Source: Eledone cirrhosa (taxonomy: Eukaryota). Taken from it: 64,000 nucleotides of DNA. The notes below the pieces were generated by a model that saw only the letters and a program-made list of their open reading frames with translations, searched no databases and was not told the DNA's origin. Location: assembly GCA_964016885.1 (NCBI GenBank), contig OZ024741.1:315704001-315768000 (forward strand), written 5' to 3'. This document shows, piece after piece, positions 54,891 through 64,000 of the stretch; the stretch's first letter is position 1; each line of letters opens with the position of its first letter. A program made the position numbers and the translations under genes.

Positions 54891-57549
54891 CATCATCATC
54901 ATCATCATCATGATTGTTGTTGTTGTTTAGTATCTCGAGACGTGGTAAACATCATCGATGTAAGTTTATTGTTATTGTATTTCTAAAGCAATTTTGTCTG
55001 AACATCGTATATAGTTTTCTGGCTAAACCAACTCTTGGTGAGGTAGTTGGATTCCCTATATCTGTAATCCTTAGAAGCTAACGTTTTGCTATTCTTTTTC
55101 CAGAACACACCCCTCTTTTTAAATAAAATAGATATAGCACCCGATTAAAATTGTCAACATCTTTTAAAAGAGTATTAATAGGGAAAGATTTTTCGTAAGT
55201 AAATTCCAACCAAAACTCAACTTTTTACACACTTAAAGAAAATTATATAAAAAAAAGGGACTTTGTAATGAATCATATTCCCCTAGATATAAGCGACAAA
55301 GATAAAGCCAGTGGCGTCCCTTGTATTCAAGCACACAAGCGACAAATCATGTGAGATAAACATAAACGAAAAACATTTTTCAAAAGACTGTAACGAAAAT
55401 CTTTTTGGAAAGTCTGTAAACACAACTGAAACTGGTAAAAGTAAATAAAATATATCAATAATCATCAAACTACTTGGCTCATGAATGCAGAAACCTTCTC
55501 AATAACCAAAACCTCAGTCATTGCATTTTTCAAACCACAATATATATATATTAGTTAGGTGTGTAAATACAGTTACATGCGGCACGCCGCTTGAAGCACT
55601 CGATGGTATTACGAGGTCCGTCTCGTTGGGTTGTATTCCAGATTTAGGCTGGCTGTAGTTTGCAGGGTGTAAAACGATTAAGAAGAATCGAAGTCAGTAT
55701 TGCAGCATAAGTACAAACGTTATTGTATCTGTATACATGCAAATAATATTTTAAAGGTGGCTGCGTAAATGTTTATAGAAATATAGACATTGTATAGACA
55801 GTCGGCCATGTCAAATTTACGTATTTGCCGGTTGACTGAAGGAAGGATGTGTATCCTTAATCGATTTTCGTCCCTAATTAGGGAATATCTATATCAATCT
55901 CTCAGAAGGAATCATCTAAAGCATATATAACAGCCATCAAATATAGTGGTAATACTGAAATGGACGTAATAATTGGAATATTACTAGAGCCACTACCAAA
56001 TCAACTACCTTTATTCCTATGAACAGCAACAAAAACTCACTATCACCACCATTACATCCAAAGCCACCACTGTCGCTACTACTACAAGTTCTACCATCGT
56101 CATTTCCAAAACCACCACCATCACCACCACAAACGTCACTACTGCCACCGCCAAAACCACCCCCGTCGCCATGGCCACAACTGCAGCCCCTAAGACCAGC
56201 ACAACAACAACCGCCACCAAAGCCTCTAAGCCACAACAATCACAACCATCACCAACAACAATGCTACCATTATGAGCACAACTTCTTCTAACAAGACCAA
56301 CGCAACTACAACCACAATCATAACAACCATCACCACTGCAAAATCAACAAAAACAATCACCACAAAAAAAAACATCACCACAACAACAATCCTCTTCAGC
56401 AATGCCGCCACCGGAACCACAACTTCTAATACCAACATAACAGCAACAACATCCCCCACCAACAACAGCAACAACCACCACCATCATCTCAACAACCACA
56501 GCCACTACCACCGCCATCACAAAAACCGCAACCACAACCATAACAACCACTACCATCGCCACCATCACAAAAAACCACAATCATCACTACAACCAGAACA
56601 GCCCCAACCGTAACAACCATCCCCACCACAAGAACCACAACTTCCACATAACTACAACAACCACAACCATAACAACCACCAGCATCACCACAACTGTAAC
56701 AACGATCATCATTACAACCACAATCATCACCAACAACAATGCCAACACCAGGACCACTACTTCAACTCCCAAGACCAACATAAAAGCACAACAACCACCA
56801 CCATTGCCATAACGGATATAGTGTGTTTTTATCTTATATAAGAATAGAGGCTGATTGATGGAATTGGTCGTGCCCAGAAAGTTGTTCCTGTACTTCAAAT
56901 GTCAGTCCAAGTCTCTAGCTTCAGAGCTGATAATGCTAGACTGTTCTATGGTTCAATCAACGTTTCATTCACCTGTTCAACAAAGAAACAGGCAAAAAGT
57001 GTACGAAAAAGAAAAACGTCAGTGACGCTGGTGGGGTAAAAAATATTTTTCGGCATTTGTTTCTAATAATGGTAAATATTTCGGTAAGTAAATAAAGAAA
57101 CAAAGAAAAACATAAGAACTAACAAGACGTTATTTAAGTTATATAATTTTTCACAAACACTGTGAATATGTTTATATATATATATAAAATAGCCATTTAT
57201 ACAGACACACACACACACAAACACACACGCACACACATACATACCCCCCCCCCCACACACACACATATATATGCATATATACGGTATATATATAGATGGC
57301 TATTTTATGTACCTTTGAAAAGAAAACTACGCTAGTGCTGAGGGAAAAGCCGGCCACAACCGTCTCAGTTAACCAGTTAACCTCGTACATAATCTACTGT
57401 AAGATATATTGAGATACTGTTTACATACATACACAAGTGTAATGTGTGTCTGTAAATAGTAATTCGATATAAATGGAACTTACACGCATCACTAAACGGT
57501 GTGACAACAGAAAACGAAGGCGTAAAATAAGAAAGTCATCGCTTTTACA

Positions 57550-57850
57550 TGGCAGTAACCTTCTATAGAACACCAACGTAGAGTTTCCACTGATCATAAT
57601 GTCGGATTGGCGAAGGGCTGTGGGTGCTTGAGTACATTCCAGTTTCCAAGCGCTCCCTGTCGGTCTAAGCTTGATTCATGGTTGAAGTTCCATCAAGGAG
57701 ACCAGCTGCGAAAAGACGTGTCTAGCAAACGGTGACCACACCTGTTAACTATTTGCTCATCATCAGCCATGGCATGCCTAGTTCTCCCCACAGCGAGTAG
57801 TGACAACAAATGGACCGCCTGATCATTGGCAGCCGACCCTTCCACAAGGG
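57550..57850 (-). pseudogene. Old Tx1-like ORF2 fragment
   Basis: Aligns by eye to 25660-25990. Confidence 0.7.
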
Positions 57851-57951
57851 AGGAGAAGAGAGAAGGAAAGAAAAGAAGCAGTGAAATGAAAGTGAGAGAA
57901 AGAACGAAAGAAAGGGGAAGAAAGGAAGCGGGAAAGAAATAGCTAACTAAC

Positions 57952-58100
57952 CTCAAGCGTGGTATCCATCCGAAATAGAAAGCTGCAATACCTGTGATAA
58001 AGTATAAACAAAGTTAACTCGAATATCGAGCTTGAGACGACGCCAGTGTATTGGAATTCGAGGTAAACATTTTACCCGATGCCGTCATTGACGCCATTTT
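57952..58100 (-). other. Candidate gene 5' end: AAAATGGCG, 84-bp intron, 40-bp exon
   Basis: AAAATGGCG (YY1/Kozak-like) at 58092-58100; G|GTAAAA; branch-like GTTAAC, pyrimidine tract and CAG; AG|GTTAGT. Confidence 0.4.
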
Positions 58101-58264
58101 GCTGTTTTAACGGCTTCCTTGCGCTGAGTTTTCCCATATTCCTATGAATTTGCTTCTGACTGGACCCGTTGGAAGGAGTTTTTAGGGCTCTGCCTCAACG
58201 GCCTTCTCAAGAAGAAGAAGAAGAAGAAGAAGAAGAAGAAGAAGAAGAAGAAGAAGAGGAGTTG

Positions 58265-58372
58265 TTTTCTTTTATTACACGCAGATACTCATATTTGTAC
58301 CGTCCTGTACCGCCCTGTGCTGTCCTTAAATGTATTTTTTGAAAACCCTTTGCGGTTAATAAAGAAAGCATA
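58265..58372 (+). mobile_element. Tx1 3' UTR fragment
   Basis: ttacacgcaga..gtaccgtcctgtac..ggttaataaagaaa. Confidence 0.75.
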
Positions 58373-58387
58373 ATTATTATAATAATA

Positions 58388-58772
58388 ATAATTGTTTCTA
58401 CGTTAGGCACAAGACCAACAAATTACCCAGTGTATTACTGGTACTTTATTTTATCGACCCCGTAAGGATGAAAGGCAAAGTTAACCTCGGCGGGATTTGA
58501 ACTCAGAATGGCAAGGGTCGTAATCTATGCGTCAAAGCATGACGTCTGACCCTCTACCGTTACTGCCAATCCACCACCAATAATAATAATAATTGTTTCT
58601 ACTTTTGGCACAAGGCCAGCAATTAACCAGTGCGTTACTGGTACTTTATTTTATCGACCCCGTAAGGATGAAAGGCAAAGTCAACCTCGGCGGGATTTGA
58701 ACTCAGACCGTAAAGGGACGTAACTATGCTGGAAAGCATGGCGTCCGACCCTCTACCGATACTGCCAATCCA
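58388..58772 (-). mobile_element. Two tandem Meta-domain SINEs separated by (AAT)n
   Basis: Full copies. Confidence 0.88.
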
Positions 58773-58817
58773 ATAATAATAATAATAATAATTATTATTA
58801 TTATTATTATTATTATT

Positions 58818-58848
<31 letters not shown>

Positions 58849-59175
58849 CATTTCAGTTAATTTAGTTAACACGAAAAAAAAAAGAATCTTCGAAAGGTTT
58901 CGGAAGACCTATTAAGACACACAGACACGTACACACATATAAACAGACACATATAAGTAATACACTCACATATAGACAGACATACACACAGACACACATA
59001 CTCGCATACACACGCACATAGACACATACGCAATAAGCAAAAAGCCCACATAATGTAATTAAATTGACCAGAAATCTTTGAATTCTCTCTGCTAAAAAAT
59101 AAAATCTGGAAGTCTGATTTGAGAATTAATTTTGGTTACTACATTTATCGATTTAGAAATCTTCAGCGTTGAGTG

Positions 59176-59221
<46 letters not shown>

Positions 59222-59312
59222 AACATTTATGTAACTATATGAATGTACGAATACATGTAAGTATATATAATAGATATAAACAAATAGATATATACAGTAT
59301 ATATATATAAAT

Positions 59313-59473
59313 ATAGGAAAAAATATGACGCCGACGGCAGGAATAGCCGTCGATACGGCTTGAGCTCTGCCGTCGGGGTCATACTTTTTCCTATTTCCCA
59401 CTCTACTACCCTAAGTATTGAGTACTCTGGTGCGTTATGGTCCATCTGGTTCCTTACTACAATTCCTTTGTTT
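59313..59473 (+). mobile_element. Family H fold-back element
   Basis: Short left arm; same arm end (CCTAT) and tail as 16100-16305. Confidence 0.75.
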
Positions 59474-59522
<49 letters not shown>

Positions 59523-59725
59523 GTGTGTATGTGTGTGTGCGTGTGTGCGTGTGTGCGTGTGTGTATATATTATTATTATTATTACTATTATTACTATTAT
59601 TATTATTATTATTACAGTTGTTTCTACTTTTGGCACAAGGCCAGCAATTACCCAGTGTAAAATACCAGTAATACACTGTGTAATTGTTGGCCTTGTGCCA
59701 AAAGTAGAAACAATTATTATTATTA

Positions 59726-61079
59726 CAGTTGCATTTATCTTGCTTTATGTTCATACGAGTTATCACCAAGTCACAACCAGTGACCTCAAGAGACAACAAG
59801 GTCTGCCATGTTCAAGAAATAACATACATACACACACATGCATCTTTAGTGTTTAGACTTGTGATGTACTTATATTGACAGAGTCTTCCTTAGTATATGG
59901 GCAGTTCCCATTAGTACTATCATTTGTATTTCTCCTATACGCGGGTTTCCTGGGATTTGCGATAAGTAATCATTAGACCCCTTAGGTATCATTCCCAGAG
60001 CGCCTACAATCACTGGTATTGTTTTAGTTCTCAATTTCCACATTTTTCCAATTTCTATCTCCAGGTCCTTATACTTGCTCAATTTTTCAAATGTTTTTTA
60101 TAGATACATTCTTGTCTATTGGAACGGACATATCAATTAGCAGGCATACCCTCTTTTTAAAGTCCTTCAATATTATATCAGGTCTATTTGCATCTATTTT
60201 TCGGTCTGTTTGGATGCTAAAGTTCCACAAGATTGAGATGTGATCTTTTTCAAGTATGGGAGGTGGTTGATGCTCCCACCAATTCTTTTGATGGGGCAGG
60301 TCAAAATGCTTACACATTATCCAATGTATATATTGTGCAACGCTGTCGTGCCTGTTTAGGTATTCGGTTGCAGCTATAGGACTGCACATTGAAATTATAT
60401 GGTCAATGGTCTCTGGTTGTTTTTTACATACACGGCATAATGGGTTGCATCCATTTTTTATTATGTTGGCTTGGTAATTTTTTGTTGGCAGACACTGATC
60501 TTGTGCTGATATAATCAGTCCTTCAGTCTCCGATTTCAGTCCAGAGGATGCCAACCACTGATGTGTTAAAGTTACGTCAACATCAGGATTGTTAGCTCGT
60601 TCTGGGTATTTTCCATACAGAGGCTTTTCTTGCCATTTCTTAGCCAGTTTCTGTAGCAGTTCTTTCTTTGCAGTTACTTTTACCTGCTTTGCTTTTTCTG
60701 TGTTTTCCATTTCAGCAGTAAATGGGACTTCTGAAATTTGTAGTCCATTACTGTATCTTTGTGCATCTTTTGTAATGGAATATGATCTTTTGATGCTTTC
60801 GTGTTTCAAAACGAGTTTGATCATCCAATCATGTGATTCCCTTAGATATGTAGATAATCCAATTGTTGCAGATTTCAACGCAATATCTAACTGGATTAAC
60901 CCACGTCCTCCTTCTTTCCCAGGGAGATATATTCTATCTGTATCTGCCTTAGGGTGATGCATTCTGTGCAGGGTTAAGAATTTTCTAATTTTTGTATCGA
61001 ACCTACGGATCTCTGTGCTTGACCAGTTGATGACATTGTAACTGTAGGTTATTACTGGTATGGCAAGCGTGTTTATGGC

Positions 61080-61080
<1 letters not shown>
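59726..61080 (-). mobile_element. R4/Dong-type RLE LINE 3' part
   Basis: AINTLAIPVITYS, HHPKADTDRIY, GGRGL, CRVC..ETIDHII, RHD, NRPDI, KYKDL, IVGALG; sense-strand tail (AAT)n. Confidence 0.9.
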
Positions 61081-61138
<58 letters not shown>

Positions 61139-64000
61139 GGCGACCTACGTAGTAAATCGTATCATCGTGAGCTCCGCAAACGTTTGTTATTTCCGTTTGT
61201 TAAAAATTGCCATTTATGGAAAATTTTTATTGTAAACTATATATAAGCGCACATACATTGTTTTCCGAAAAGGACACCCACAAAGATTGGGGCCTTGTGC
61301 CCAAAATTTAAACTTTTATGATTATCAAAAAATTTCTCTGAAAAAAAAAGGCTAATTCACCTCTGGACCAAGCAGCTGAAAGCCTTCCTCACAAATTAAC
61401 ACCTCACACCGACACCACCATTGTAAATGTTACTACGTTTGCCAACACTGAAAAAAATATAAGCAGTAGCAATATTTTAAATTTGTCTCAGGCAGACATT
61501 CATTTCCCGCCATTACCAATGACTGCAGGTGTTAAAGCCTCCACAACCACCACCACCACCGCGACAACCACTACCCCCACCACCACCGCGACAACAGAAA
61601 CAAAAGGAAAAAATAAATCAACTCGTGATGTCGAAATATTTTCAACCAAAATGGACTCTCCCAAACCGACTTTCACTGACGTCACCACCACCACAACTGA
61701 AACTAAAATTAATAACAAAAATAACGATAGCAACAACAACAACAATGACATTAAAAAAACCACCCTGAGTTTTGCCAGAGTAGCAAAACAGTTCGAAGCA
61801 TTTACGGTAACTCAGATGCCAAACAAATGGTAAAGAAAGATGGGTACAGGGTCAGCTTCACCCCCCCACGTAATAAAATGGAGCATCGGCGCCTATGCAC
61901 CGTGTCGTATCGAACAATAAATTTAAAATCGCGCCGAGTGGAACGGGCATCCGAGTCCCAAATCCAAAAAGCTTTGGGACATGTGTGGGCAAGAAAAACC
62001 CACATCAGACGTGGGCAGAAGTATGGCCCCATTAAGAAGTGACGACTTCACACTCATCCCAAGCTATTGTGGCCAGAGACTCGTAAAGATCAGGGTGACC
62101 CACGTTCCACCGGCCATCGAAATTCCCTGGCTAATAGCGGCCGTCCTCGCAGGCATCGAAGCCAACACAAAGATAATAGCAATAGCAAAAGAAAAGCAGG
62201 AGAACTGGTCCGGATCTGGGATGGAGCTCCTGATCCAAGCGGACCAAAAAAGCATTGAGGAGATCCCAGAGGTAATAGACCTCACTGACGGCAGCCACCT
62301 CACCGTAATTGTCGAGGGCAGAAGGCCTAGGTGTGTCGTTTGTGGTGAAGGAACCCACCTAAGGGCTTTCTGCCCTCAGGCTAAAAGGTTGAGGCCACCT
62401 CTCCTACCCACCCCAGTGACACAACCATCAACACCACCAGTAGCAGAGATGACAGCAACAACTGTAGCAGCAACAACAGAAGCAACTATAACAGCAACAA
62501 CCCCAGCAACAGTATCAAAACCAACACCACCACCACCAGCAAAACCAACACCACCACCACCCAACGCTTCAGAACTAGCACCAGCGCCTACACCATCCAC
62601 CACGCCACAACCAAAACTAACGCCTGTGGAGGATTTTCCACTCCCCGGACTATCACAACTGGAGACAGATTGTGACGACGAGGAGTGGGAAACGGTATCA
62701 GAAAAAAAAAAAAGAAATCAAAAAAGAAAAAATTCTCTTCCTTCCCCCTCCAAAAACAAAATACAGAGGGAAACAAATAAATTAACAAACAAAAAAGTTA
62801 GGACAGATATGCCACCATCCACACCAGCATCACCAACCCCATCAACCCAAACACCAACACCATCACCATCATTAACCCCAACACCACCATCACCTACACC
62901 ACAAAAGTCACCAAAATGCGAAACAGAAACAAACCCACAACAAACGCAAACAAAACAAAACAACCAAAACGATACACACTACACAGCATTAAATTTGAAC
63001 AACAAGCAGTTATTACACTACATCCAACACAACACCAGCATCACAGAAAAAGACTACACAACAACCCCAAAATTCACACCACCTCCACACATACAAATCA
63101 CTCGCATCACACAGAAAACGTACATGACACTAAAACAAAAATTCCCCAAAGACATCGGAGACTTCCGACAAGCACTCTCCAGGAGGATTTATAAGGACAT
63201 CCTTCCTGAGGAGGCCACAAGCAGTGAAAAGGATGGAAAAACCGTCCTTCCCCTACGAGAAGTAAGGTAAGTGGTCTTTCCCATCTTTTCCACTCCTTTT
63301 CAACATGACCTCACTCAGAATAGGCAGCATAAATGCGCGTGGCTTGGGGTCGTCATGGAAGCAGGGCCACCTGCTCAACGACCTCAGGTCACTAAACATA
63401 GATGTAGTGGCCATCAGCGAGACCAGAATCTCCGAAGCACGGGCCTTCGCACCAATCTTCGGCGGCTACGATGTGTATGCATCTCCCAGCCGTCCTGGAT
63501 CCGGGGGGGGGGGGGGGGTTGCTGTGCTTTTTCGGAGAGGTTTGGATCTTGCCATACGGGCCATCTTCCTGGACCCAGAAGGTAAGTTTGTGGTGCTTGA
63601 CGTGACCAGCGGAGACGGGCAAGCTTTCAGGTTAGTGGCCGTCTATGCCCCGACAGGAGCAGGGCGGCCTGATTTCTTCCGGCGTCTGGAGACCTTTCTT
63701 GGAACGTCCCGCTCTTTAGTGTTAGTGGGCGACTGGAACGGGATCTTAGATGCACGCTGGGACTGTGTGGGATTAGTGGATAGGGGAGGAGGGTGCAAGA
63801 GTCTCACCAACCTGCTCAGGCGTTTTGAACTGTCTGACAGGTACCGATTGGATTTCCCGAATGTACCAATGTGGACTTGAACAAATCGCATAGGGTTATC
63901 CAGATCATATCTAGATAGAGTATTTTGTAGGGAAATAGATAGGTCTAGCATAGGATGTCCACAATTCAAGATAGTCAGCTACACGGACCACAAATTCTTG
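61139..64000 (+). mobile_element. Tx1-like LINE copy D, 5' part (runs off the window)
   Basis: 5' GGCGAC after (ATT)n; ORF1 (frameshifted, to 63270) with CCHC; ORF2 APE from 63305 (SINARGL, SETR, VYAP, GDWN, YLDR, TDH) with a stop at 63880. Confidence 0.92.

Noticed and set aside
55937-56810. Pro/Thr/His-rich ORFs
   Set aside because: Degenerate (CAC/CAA)n low-complexity DNA, open in several frames
56845-57040. Possible exon on either strand
   Set aside because: Minus strand has stops in all phases after the acceptor; plus-strand peptide is unrecognised and lacks convincing boundaries
61139-61200. HDV-like ribozyme at the Tx1 5' end (GGCGAC)
   Set aside because: Could not build the nested pseudoknot by eye

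Overview
Eukaryotic, AT-rich, microsatellite-dense genomic DNA. It is most likely cephalopod/Octopus, inferred only from the Meta-domain and CORE-like tRNA-SINEs. The window is almost entirely retroelements: Penelope-like elements (a near-complete Neptune-type at 48.1-52.8 kb, Neptune remnants, a Naiad-type 3' half), Tx1-clade L1 LINEs and R4/Dong-type RLE LINEs clustered in (AAT)n tracts, and SINEs. A few candidate host exons are also present. The main hidden signal is about 15 type I hammerhead ribozyme motifs, 13 of them in the first 18.6 kb. Many sit in short non-coding elements inserted in (TA)n, several of which have tandem plus fold-back architecture. Two related monomer families combine an ATGCAAAT octamer, a minimal dimer-type hammerhead and a terminal hairpin, resembling non-autonomous retrozymes. 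One hammerhead has the U3-A8 compensatory core. All structures were read by eye; nothing was folded or searched computationally.
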